Shown in pieces: positions 22,486-33,294 of a stretch of 64,000 nucleotides of DNA; within the stretch, counting starts at the first letter, position 1, and every line of letters starts with the position of its first letter. This stretch comes from Schizosaccharomyces osmophilus (taxonomy: Eukaryota): assembly GCF_027921745.1 (NCBI RefSeq), contig NC_079239.1:1674001-1738000 (forward strand), given 5' to 3'. Made by a program: the position numbers and the translations under genes. The notes under the pieces were generated by a model, which saw nothing but the letters and a program-made list of their open reading frames with translations, did no database searches and was not told the DNA's origin.

Positions 22486-23955
22486 ATGCTTTCTTCTTAT
22501 ACTAAGTCGCGCTATGCAATTACAAATATTCAAAATCTTTTTAAGAATCAAAAATATATACGGTCGATTAGTACGACTGTAAGAACAAGATTTGCCCCGT
22601 CACCAACTGGGTTTCTACACCTCGGATCTTTAAGAACGGCTTTATTTAATTATTTGTGGGCTAAAAAATGTAATGGGGAATTTATTGTGCGTTTAGAAGA
22701 CACCGATCAAAAAAGAAAAGTCAATAACTCAGAGCAATCCATTTACGATCTGTTACAAACTTTCGGACTTCAATGGGATGAAGGCCCGATTACGGGAGGC
22801 CCCTTCGGTCCTTACGAACAGTCAAAGCGATTGCACATTTACTCAGAATACATCTCCAAGTTATTAGCTTCTGGGAAAGCGTATAAATACTACGACGAAT
22901 GCTCAACGCTGTCTCCTAAAACAGACAAAACGCCCTACGTCGTCCGATTTTGCTCACAGGAAGGAGCGACGAGCTTTGTTGATACAGTGTATGGAAAAAT
23001 TACGATTAAGAATAATACGCCGAAAGTACTTAGCGATGATTTTGTGATTTTGAAGTCAGATGGCTATCCAACTTATCACTTTGCTAATGTAGTCGACGAT
23101 CATTTAATGGGAGTTACTCATGTAATACGGGGAGAAGAATGGATTCCGTCGACACCAAAACACATACAACTTTACAAGGCGTTTCAGTGGCAGCCTCCAA
23201 CATATTCTCATATTCCCTTACTGACAAATCCAGACGGGTCCAAGTTAAGCAAACGTCAAAACGATGCTCATGTAACCAGCTTACTTGAAAGAGGTTTTGA
23301 GCCCATGGCAATTCTTAACTTTCTCGCACTCATGGGATGGTCTTCTAGACAGAAAAGCGACATTATCCCCCTACCACAACTTTTGGAGGTATTTTCTATT
23401 GATAGATTGACGAAAGGTTCTTGTATAGTAGCATTGGAGAAATTACAATTCCTAAACAAACACTATCTTCGAGAAAGGATGACTGATCCAGTGCAACTTG
23501 ATCAGATTGTAGAAGAAATGCAGAAAGGCTTAAAAAAAAAATACCCCAATTCTTTGTCTCGAATTTCCGACTCAGCTTACGTTCGCCGATGTCTGCTTTT
23601 GTTACACAATCGTATACGAACTCTTCCAGAATTTATAGACCTTTGTGCTTATTTCTTTGAAGATCCCTTACAAAATACGATACATCATAAATTAACTTCA
23701 ACAACAAATGTGCCCATGCTATTATCCCGTCTTCTTCATGATTTACAAGCATGTTCCTGGCAGTCTTTAACTCTTCAGACAGTTCTTAAAGACACTTCCA
23801 GCGCCTTTGGGCTCCCATTGGGAAAGCTGCAGTCATTGATTCGCCAAATCCTGTGCGGATCTATTCCAGGTGCTAATTTAGCAGATACAATTCATATACT
23901 CGGTCGAGATACTACCCTTCATAGGATAGAGGCTTATAAGAAAACTATTTATTGA
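22486..23955 (+). CDS. mse1: Mitochondrial glutamyl-tRNA synthetase
   Basis: RTRFAPSPTGFLHLGSLRTAL (HIGH-like), PTYHFANVVDDH, HVIRGEEW and KLSKR, with an N-terminal presequence. Confidence 0.94.
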   Translation: MLSSYTKSRYAITNIQNLFKNQKYIRSISTTVRTRFAPSPTGFLHLGSLRTALFNYLWAKKCNGEFIVRLEDTDQKRKVNNSEQSIYDLLQTFGLQWDEGPITGGPFGPYEQSKRLHIYSEYISKLLASGKAYKYYDECSTLSPKTDKTPYVVRFCSQEGATSFVDTVYGKITIKNNTPKVLSDDFVILKSDGYPTYHFANVVDDHLMGVTHVIRGEEWIPSTPKHIQLYKAFQWQPPTYSHIPLLTNPDGSKLSKRQNDAHVTSLLERGFEPMAILNFLALMGWSSRQKSDIIPLPQLLEVFSIDRLTKGSCIVALEKLQFLNKHYLRERMTDPVQLDQIVEEMQKGLKKKYPNSLSRISDSAYVRRCLLLLHNRIRTLPEFIDLCAYFFEDPLQNTIHHKLTSTTNVPMLLSRLLHDLQACSWQSLTLQTVLKDTSSAFGLPLGKLQSLIRQILCGSIPGANLADTIHILGRDTTLHRIEAYKKTIY

Positions 23956-24140
23956 ATAATTTCTTGTCCAAATAAGCCTGAATTACACGCCTATTACCAA
24001 ATTTTATGTTTTTATTTACTATCCTTCTGCAAGGTAGTGGCCTAAATGTAGATAACGCACTCCGAGGATATCTTCATGGGGAAGATTATCTTTCCATCAG
24101 GTGTACTTGAAGTTGATTTCTCTTTGACTTATATCCATCC

Positions 24141-25156
24141 ATGTCGTCTCAAAAACGGTTATTTGTCAAAGTTGTTATACTTGGGGACAGCGGTGTTGGT
24201 AAGACATGTCTCATGAATCAGGTACGTCGACTCATTAGGGATTTAGACTAGAGGAATCGAAATTCAAGGAAGCGATTGCTATCACTTGGAGTAGAAGCAT
24301 TCTCTTGAAAATATTTCTTATAAATATACGCTCAAGTATTTAGAAACACGAGTAAATGTGGAAATACTTGATCAAGGTATCGGGGTTGCGCTATGAACAT
24401 CTTGCATGATGCCTATTGAATTGGTTTCACTCGTGTGGGATGGAGTATACCAGAAGATTAAAAATTAGTGATTTTTTTCTTTCCCAAGAACTTTCCGCAT
24501 ACGCAATGATTTCCCCTCGAGTTCAAGTCCTTTCAGCTTACAAATAGCTAACCAAGAAAACTAGTTTGTAAACCAAAAATTTAGCCGTGAATACAAGGCT
24601 ACAATTGGCGCTGATTTTTTGACAAAAGACGTGATTATAGATGGAAAAACCGTCACCCTTCAAGTATGTGCGACCCTTACACACTCTCCTTGATTGGCAC
24701 TAACAGATTCAGTTATGGGATACCGCAGGTCAGGAGCGGTTTCAGAGCTTAGGAATGGCTTTTTATCGTGGAGCAGATTGTTGTGTGATAGTGTATAATG
24801 TGAACAATGCAAAAAGTTTTGAATCAGTGGAGAATTGGAAACAAGAGTTCCTTTTACAGACATCTCAAGACGAATCCACCTTTCCAATAATAATTGTGGG
24901 TAACCAAATAGACAAGGATCCTTCTAAACGAGCTGTGCCCTTAAATCGAGCTTTAGCTTATTGCAAGGCTAGACGAGAAAGTCCGCTACCTCATTTTGAA
25001 ACTAGTGCAAAGGAAAATAGCAACGTTGCTGCACTTTTTGAACAAGTCAGCCGACATGCTCTAGAAAACGAGACTATTCAAGATGACTTTGTTAATGATT
25101 TTTCAGAACCTCTTATTCTTTCTAAACCTCCTAATAATTCTAATTGTAACTGTTAA
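24141..25156 (+). CDS. ypt71: Rab7-family GTPase, 3 exons
   Basis: Exons 24141-24221 (GDSGVGKT), 24565-24663 ([12 protein letters not shown]) and 24713-25156 ([20 protein letters not shown]-terminal CNC prenylation motif). Confidence 0.88.
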
Positions 25157-25429
25157 TTGCGTTGCCTACACTGGTCTTTGCGCTCTTTCTCCTCATTTCT
25201 TTTCGTTGCTCTCCGTTCAGGTTGGAATTTAATTGTATTTGTACCGTTAAAGAATAAGCCGTCATTTATGTTCGTGCACCAAATACACTCTTTCGTTCGT
25301 TGTCTATAGTTGTGTACTAACATCTCGGTACTTACTTGCTCTATACTTTATCAATGTTAAATAATTTATATTTAATGAATTTCGTCAAAAAGAATGCATA
25401 TAATACAAATGCCAATATAATAAAAATCT

Positions 25430-27623
25430 CTAATACCCTTCTTCGCCCCATTCATCTTCCATAGGTGCGCAGTTGGTGAAATTTTCCATTGGCATGAGGG
25501 GTCCTAACTTATCCGTAGTTTGTGGCGATGCTTGCACCGGTTTTATAGGAGAGATTTTCATTGGAGAAAAAGGAAGGTTTTCTGCATCTTCTTCTAAGGT
25601 CTCATCAATATCATTTTCTTCAAGCCGTGCCTTCCTAAACTTTTCTGAAACATCTTTAACCATGTGATCGTTGTTATTTGTCGGCTTTGACGGGCTGTTG
25701 GATGAAGGTTTTGAAACCACTCTCGGTGAGGCTCGAGGAGTCACTTGAGAGCGAGCCTGCAATGAGAATGGGGGACGGCGATCATGTGTAGGATTTTGAG
25801 GTGTTGGCGTATTTTTTGTATTACTTCTTCCAAAAAGAGGGGTGTTTTCAAAATCCGGTGATGGCGTTGTTTTACTGTTCTCATGCCTAGCACTCTGAGA
25901 CCGAGCTCCAGAGAACTTATTGTTCAAATCCAATCGCCCCGTAGCAGGTAACCTTCGATTACTGAATGCAGTAGTTTGTGGTTCGTCTGCACTCACCGAT
26001 CGAGCCGTATTGAATTCATTGGCTTTCTGCCTAGACAGCGGTGTCTTAGGGCTGCCAATTGGGCGATGGTTGCTTCTGGAAGTAGGAGTAGACAAATTAG
26101 CAATCCTTCCCTTTTGAGGTGACTTGTTTGTAGTTTGACTAGGAGTTGTAGGAGCTTTGGAATTATAAGTACCATTCGCTCGGGTAATCGATTTAGCTTG
26201 AGATGGGTCCTTAAGCTTTTGTACAAGATGCTCACCTTCAAACATAAAGGGCCTCTGGCTTTTCTCTTCCCAAGATGAAAGTTCCGGAATAAGTAATGCT
26301 TGCACTTTAGGCAGATCCCTCGACAAGCGCTTTCGAATTTTTTCCTCGCGTAAAAGCAAACCCGGTTCTCTACGCCCTCTTTGCATGAGACGAGAAGAAT
26401 CGTTGGCACTTGCATCCAATTCACGCTTTCCTTCCAACAAAGAAGAATACTTAGCTATTAGGTTCAGGAAATGTTTGTTTTCTCTTGCTTCATTTTCCAA
26501 GGATTCCAGATATTGTTCGTGAGCTGAAAGCGATTCTTCAGTTAAAATGTTTTCGAAAGCAGCGGAAAACGAATGACGTTGCTCATCAGTATAAAACAAA
26601 ACATCCCATGCTTTCTTTATTTTTCCTCGAGCGTCCTCTATAAACAAAGGAATGTGCTGTTTTTTCACTTCCCGTAATTTCTGTAACTCTGTCTCCCATT
26701 TGATCAAGTCTTCTCGGTATACTCCGGATGATTGTTCTAGGTGAGCAAACTCAGCGGCATTTATATTGAGCTTTTGCCAAAGATCATGGACTTCATTACG
26801 ATAAGAGTTTATCTGCATAACATATTTTTCTTTGATGTTAATTAACATATCCTTTTGCTCGTATAATTTGGTAATTAGTATCTGAGGAACGCAAAACTGG
26901 GGAGGTCGATTCATATGTGTGTTTTTTAATTCTTGGAACGAAGGTTCGTCTGCTGTTTCTATTCCAGTTTCCATCCATAACTGTATAATTTCAGACTCCA
27001 AATTGTTTACGAGTTCAAGCCGAGAACCTAATTCCATCTGTGCTTCTTCATTACGCAGTCTCAAAGAATCCAAAAGTGCATCTGAAACATCAGACAAAAA
27101 CGAATTTTCGAAATCAGGAATAGCGAATGTCGTTCCCAATTGTTTACACGTTTGGTCTAGCTGTTGATATAGAACTATACTGTTAGTTACAAGCCGATTG
27201 AATTTAAGTCGAACCTTTGATAGTAGTCATTTTTTTGTCGTATTGAGTCAAATACTGACTTTCAATGTGAGTTAGTTCATCTAGGCATTGAATTAAAGGG
27301 GTATTTATGCAAAGATTCGCATCGGGGTCATCCAACTTGAGGGAAGACGCTAAAAATCGAATCGTATCAATTTTCTGACGACAGTCGTTTTCGAGGTTTT
27401 TTTGACATTGTTCCATTTCATGAAGCTGGGCATTCATAGCTGTCGTGAACAATTCAAATAGGGATGAATTGTCTCCATCAGTTCCAAGAACTTGGTGCAA
27501 TCTTTCAATCCTTTGAAAATGGCTTTCTACTTGTTCACGAAAGCTTTTCCAGGTATAATTTTTATCATGCTCGTTTAAGTATGGCTCCTCTACAATATTA
27601 TCTTCGCAGTTTTCCATATCCAT
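25430..27623 (-). CDS. ase1: MAP65/PRC1/Ase1 antiparallel microtubule cross-linker, 2 exons
   Basis: Exon 1 from ATG 27623 to 27215, a 40-nt intron (27214-27175) and exon 2 to 25430. Motifs SRLMQRGRREPGLLLREEKIRKR and C-terminal MEDEWGEEGY. Confidence 0.93.
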
Positions 27624-27882
27624 ATTATCGCACTCAATTCTGTACAATTCCAAAAATTGGTATGCAATTTTCTTTTCCAAGAAGACGAAAAGTACACTTA
27701 AAATAATTTTATCATACCAAGACTAAAGAGAAATCCTTAGCATCAGAAAAGATGAACGTTGCGCTACAGTCGTAGAGGACAGCCTTCAGGTACGGAGGCC
27801 TTAAAATGGTAAAAGTAAAACTTTTAAAGAAGAGACAATTAGATGAAAAGATAAAATAAAATTTATTTTTTGAATTTATCGA

Positions 27883-27898
27883 GTAAACAAAGTAAATA
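27883..27898. promoter_or_regulatory. Tandem forkhead sites upstream of ase1
   Basis: GTAAACA (27883-27889) and GTAAATA (27892-27898), about 260 bp upstream of a mitotic spindle gene. Confidence 0.4.
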
Positions 27899-28485
27899 TA
27901 TAATAATTTGCTCCTAGCGCCAAACGTAACATCGCTCTCATATATTAACAGTGACAAGAGACTGTATGAGAGATTTGAAGTGACTAGCTTGAAGTAAGAA
28001 TAGATAGATATATGCCGTAATTTTAGTTGAAAAATTATTATAGCTTGTGGAATGGTACTTGACTGACTCTTCTACTTGGTGATTTGTGTAGTACCAGACA
28101 CAATGAAATCAATTCAGACCAGCATTTATTGGTAAATAAGTAAGAGAGGCCTAATGAATATAAAGAATTCAAGTATGAGGAAATTGAGTTTACATGATAC
28201 GTATCGGAACCAAGGAATATAAGTCGTAAATAGATAAATCACAGAGGAAATTTCAAACAAGAAACACAAGTGAACGGAAGAAACCGTCTAGAAATGAAAC
28301 GTAAATCATCTCAAAGTGAGAGCTCAAAAAAGGAAATGGCAAAACGACATTTAAATCATTAAAACAAAAAAGGATGGAATAAAAATAAATCAAACTAACC
28401 AAAAACCAGATTATTAACATAGTACTGCTGAGATGTTGTGTAGGACCCAGCATGAACGAGATAAAATAGAGAAAAGTAAGGATTC

Positions 28486-29703
28486 TCATAGCTGAATTTG
28501 TAGAGGGCTTGAAAACATGTTCATCATATTGGGCTTGGGATGAGATATAAGCTGGGCTCGACCAGCGGAATGCGCAGACAGCTTACCAGCTTTACGCATT
28601 TGTCTTTCCAGTACATAGACCCGGAAGAAGTCCGAATTCAAACGTGGACGACGGACCTCTTTACGTGCAAGAACTTCATGCCATGGAAGTAAAGGTGTAT
28701 CTGATAAAGAAAATTTTTGTAAGGTACAGTTCTCCATGAACCGGTAGTCTTTATTCAGCTTCATCCTACTACTGGGACTCGCAACGGCCGGTTTTATGAG
28801 CTGTTCCTCAGCCGAGTGTTTTGGATACATAACGTCAAAAATACTAGAAGAAAGGTAATAGAGCCTATTTTTGATAGCCAAGCTGACACTTGACAAGCTG
28901 GAAATCAAAGACCTTTTACGTAAGGATTTTCTTCCGTGAAATGTACAAGCAGTATTTTCGAAGGGTTTAGAGGAATTAACGGGAAAAGAAGAAGGACAAG
29001 AAGAGGCACGACGAACTTGATGATTCAACTCTGAAGCAGCAGCAAGTGGATGATCGCTGTCAGCGGCTTCGAACACTATCAATGAAATTAGTAAAAGTCA
29101 CCGGGGTTGTATATAGTAAATACCTGAACAGTTTGAAAAGTCTTTCTTAGCTTTAAAATGGATTGAATCCGCACAATACTTCGATGACTGACGAGATTTT
29201 CGATGGACTTCGGGATCCGATTTACGATTCGTTAAACCACGAGCACGAGAGTCAGTAGAGCAAGAATTGTCGAAACAAAGGGGCTTTCGACAGTTGTTTG
29301 TTGAAGTAGAAGCTGAATTGCTTGTTAAAGATTGAATAGGGAAAAGGGATGTAAAATCATCATCATTGTGTAATGGTTGGGAAGACAGCGATAACATCGA
29401 ACTTAAGTCAGCGTGGAGGAGACTTTTATTCAAATTCTTGCTTAGAAGAATCTTAGGATGACTATTAAACTTGGAAGGAACTGGAATCTTAGTGTCCCGT
29501 AAAAGTTGACGGGTCAGGTCTCCCCTAGAGGGAGGATGATGATGACAATCAGAGCTCCTCCAAGCAGTAGCAGTGGAAGAGTCTTCCTTATGCAAGACTG
29601 ATTGTGAAAAAGGAATACAACTGGGTAATTCGACATGATGTCCCATGTCGTCCGAATTGGATGTAGTGCTATCAAGCACCCGGTTGAAGACTCTGATATT
29701 CAT
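28486..29703 (-). CDS. Conserved fungal protein of unknown function, 2 exons
   Basis: ATG 29703. A 48-nt intron (29123-29076, GTATTT..CTAAT..TAG) joins the two ORFs in phase. C-terminal RRPRLNSDFFRVYVLERQMRKAGKL...GRA resembles a conserved fungal motif. Confidence 0.8.
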
Positions 29704-30518
29704 TATCGCCAAGGCCCAAATATAGAAAGTTTTTGATGCATAAAATAAAGATAAAAGATGAAAAGAAAGGCGAACTAGAAAAACAGGCGTTGCTTTCAAA
29801 CGAAAAAAAAAAGTCAAGGAAACGAAAACAACTTTATAAACCAAATCAAACAAACCAGAAAATAAGACAGAATAAAATAAAACGAACAAAAAGACAAAAA
29901 AAGAAAAAAGTACGACAATCCGAACACAAAGCTATGATGAGTCAAGGAAAGATCGTAAGTAATACCCAAATAGCAAGGAAAGCGTAAGCAACAAAAGAAT
30001 GACAGTAAAAAAGAGATTGAATAAAAAGAATATAAAACGTTGTCTGAATTTTGCTCCTCAACAACTAATCTTATGCTTGCTTCCAGCGCATCAATGAAGA
30101 AAGAATAGAAATTCTTAGTAACAGGATTTTTCTTGTTTTGTAATGGAACCGGTTTTCCTCCTTTTGGCACACGAAAATGTAGAGAAGCAAAGTTCAGTTG
30201 GGAGAGTTAAAATAGAAACACCTCAAAAAAAAAATTGTCGGCCGTTTTCAGTTTTAGAAACCGAAAGAGCCGAACGAACACAAAGTTACCGGCCTTTGGA
30301 GAAGACGCTCAAACACGGCGCCGCGGCTCGGCAAGACCTAAACGAAAATAAGAATCGAGTGTTTTTGTTTACTATTCTTGGTACGATAATGCATGGTTCA
30401 CGAGAGGGTTGTAAAGAGGATTGAAAATACCAACACGACTGATTAGGAAAAGAAGCGCTTCCTTATAGCAAACGATTGAAGAGGATGAAGTAAAAAGTGT
30501 GTAAGGATTTACTTTTAA

Positions 30519-30546
30519 TTTTTTTTTTTTTTTTTTTTTTTTTTTT
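30519..30546. repeat. Poly(dT) tract, 28 nt
   Basis: Uninterrupted T run in the divergent intergenic region. Confidence 0.95.
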
Positions 30547-31399
30547 CTCTTCGACTGGCTATAGTCAAACAAGGCTTCTTGACTATAAGAAAGGATGCTC
30601 AAATCGTCTTCTACGAATTTACCGATATCATACAATTTACGATACTATAATATTCAATTTGCAGGATAACTGATGTTCTATAGCGAATATGAGTTGATTT
30701 CTTTCTTCAAGAGTACCAAAATAAGAAAGATTGAATTTTGATATTTCTTTCTATCGATCATCCCAATGAAACATCCGTTTAGTTCTCTTTCTATCATCTT
30801 GTGTTCTTCTACTATGAGAACTTTTGGTGAAAAGCTATGAACATAGGAAGCATTCGAAAAAGGGTTTTGGAACATGCCAAATGAACTGGATAAACTCACG
30901 ACATTCGCGCACTTGTAAAGGAGTCAAATGCAAATCATCGTCGTTCTTGTCTCTATCGTCTGCACTAGGGTACTTCCTTAACAGCCTATACAATAAGTGA
31001 AGAGAAATATAGTTACAATACACATGATGAGAAGAATCTTCTGGCTATTTCATGTCTTAAAAACTGTTGTCTATATTACCAAATTCATAAAATGCGACTC
31101 ATGATCCTCTTTAGTACGATGTTTTACTTCGATCCCTCCATTGCAATATGGACTGAACTGTATCCATAGTGGATATTGTATGTTTGTGTGAAATTGACAT
31201 TCCATTGAGCCTAACTTACTAATCAATTGTTACTAGAACAATTATACTAACGATTTTGTGAAATTTTCGACACGCTTAGTAAAATAAACTGAAGCGTCAA
31301 GAGAGAAACGTTCAAAAGCATAACATAACCCTACTCCAATTTGATTCTGATTGTGTTTTCTTTTATATTCTATTTTCATAAAAACTATTTCAATTCCTC

Positions 31400-32734
31400 A
31401 TGGGTCTCGCGCTTTCCATTCCTTCTGTTATAGGAAGCTCCCTAACAAGCGTCGTTGGTATTGGCAGTAGTTTTGTCTTCGCTTCGCTGCTAAGTCTAAC
31501 AAATTATATTCAAAGCACTGTTGGTGCCATTATTAGCTATGCAGTTTTGTATTTGCTGAATTCACTGCTGTCTTGGTGCATGCTGAGTTCCTGGTTTAAT
31601 AACAAACTTTCAAAACTATCCGCTGGGTATTTGCAATTTGGTTGTCAAGACGATGGAAAATGCTACAGTGTAATTGCAGTTCATCGTTTATCTTTTGCTC
31701 TTGTCATGTTTCATTGCCTGTTTGCCTTAATTTTAAGTCTTTCCAATTCTCGGTCTGCAGTTTCCGCCAAAATCCAACACAGTTTGTGGCCTTTTAAAAT
31801 TGTTTTGTGGATTCTCCTTATCGTAGCTTCGTTTTTCATCCCAACTTCATTCATGACCTTCTGGGGTAACGTTTTATCCGTAATTGGGTCTGCTTTTTTT
31901 ATCGTATATGGCTTACTGCTTCTCGTCGATTTTGCACACACATGGGCTGAAAAATGCGTTGAACGAGTATTGGTCACGGATTCTACCACCTCAAAATTCT
32001 CCTTGGTTGGTTCTACTGTAGGCATGTATCTAATTGCTTTGCTGCTCACAATTCTTGCTTATGTTTATTTCTGCGCTTCTTCATGCTCCTTCAATCAAGC
32101 TATTAATACCATTAACCTTTTATTATGTATTGCTGTTAGCTGTCTTTCGGTGCATCCTACTGTTCAAGAATATAATCCTCGATCTGGTCTTGCACAGGCC
32201 TCCATGGTTACATGCTATACCAGCTACCTTATTCTTTCCGCATTAGCAAATAGACCAGACGAGGGAAAATGTAATCCATGGAGTGAATCCGCTACCGGAA
32301 CTCAAGAGTTTAGCAAAATAATTGGGGCTGCTTTTACCTTTTTGACCATCGTATATAGTGCTTTGAGGGCAGTTTCCGGATCGGACAAAGATGAAGATTA
32401 CGATTTTTTTTACGGCGATTCTAATAACTTGTCGCGTGAGAGAACCTTAGAAACCGATTTCGATGACGACAACGGCGTGTCAAACTCGAAGAATGACTAT
32501 AACTATATATGGTTCCATGTTATTTTCATCCTGGCAGCTTGTTACACTGGTTCCCTTCTCACCAATTGGAACACAATGAGTGTATATGAGGACAAAAAGA
32601 ATGATGTTTTTGTACGTATCGGATTCTCCTATGCCGCCGTCTGGGTTAAAATTATAACTTCATGGATTTGTCATTTACTGTACGCCTGGACTTGTTTGGC
32701 TCCTATTTTCTTTCCGTATCGTTTTATCAACTGA
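31400..32734 (+). CDS. tms1: SERINC/TMS1-family multi-pass membrane protein
   Basis: Many TM segments plus LLVDFAHTWAE, VQEYNPRSGLAQAS, LLTNW and VWVKIITSWICHLLYAWT. Confidence 0.9.
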   Translation: MGLALSIPSVIGSSLTSVVGIGSSFVFASLLSLTNYIQSTVGAIISYAVLYLLNSLLSWCMLSSWFNNKLSKLSAGYLQFGCQDDGKCYSVIAVHRLSFALVMFHCLFALILSLSNSRSAVSAKIQHSLWPFKIVLWILLIVASFFIPTSFMTFWGNVLSVIGSAFFIVYGLLLLVDFAHTWAEKCVERVLVTDSTTSKFSLVGSTVGMYLIALLLTILAYVYFCASSCSFNQAINTINLLLCIAVSCLSVHPTVQEYNPRSGLAQASMVTCYTSYLILSALANRPDEGKCNPWSESATGTQEFSKIIGAAFTFLTIVYSALRAVSGSDKDEDYDFFYGDSNNLSRERTLETDFDDDNGVSNSKNDYNYIWFHVIFILAACYTGSLLTNWNTMSVYEDKKNDVFVRIGFSYAAVWVKIITSWICHLLYAWTCLAPIFFPYRFIN

Positions 32735-33294
32735 TGATCCTTTTTATTTCAAGACGATTAATTTATGATAATTTACGCCCTTAATATTGAAGATTTCAGA
32801 CGATTCACCTGTTTTTGTAGAGGTAAACGATGTACAAATGAGGAGATAGGAAAGAAAGATTTCGAAGCGTTTTTGGATTTCATCTTGTTTGTTATTTTTT
32901 TATGAATCAAGAAACCGTGTGCTTGAGGGCTTCATCTAATTTACATGATCTACAAAAGTCAGTAAAGTAAGCTGCATAAAGTTACAAATATGAATTGTTT
33001 ACATTTCTGTAAATAACCCAGAAATCGCGAAGTGTTACTTGCGTTGTGACTCGGCTCTGCGTAAGCGATGCGAAATTTGTTTTAGGAACAAACTTCTTTT
33101 TTGTTCATTTCTTCCCATTTGGACAGGATTTGGACTTGTTTTGTAAAGGGTAAATAAAGGACCGACTTATAATCGGTTGTCATTAAACGATTTTCGGGTT
33201 TCGTCGTGATTTGCGAATTTTGGTACAAAAGAAACAACTGCTCGACTCTGTCACCATTGATAAATAAAACTTATTAGAATATCGAAGAAAGACA

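Noticed and set aside
29704..30170. Hydrophobic F/L-rich N-terminal extension and K-rich antisense ORFs
   Set aside because: Artefacts of a T-rich 5' leader. The credible ATG is at 29703.
30678..31023. Short minus-strand ORFs with a GTGAGT..TAG intron candidate
   Set aside because: No good branch point and no recognisable product. The best model is only about 53 aa, so it is unsupported without expression data.
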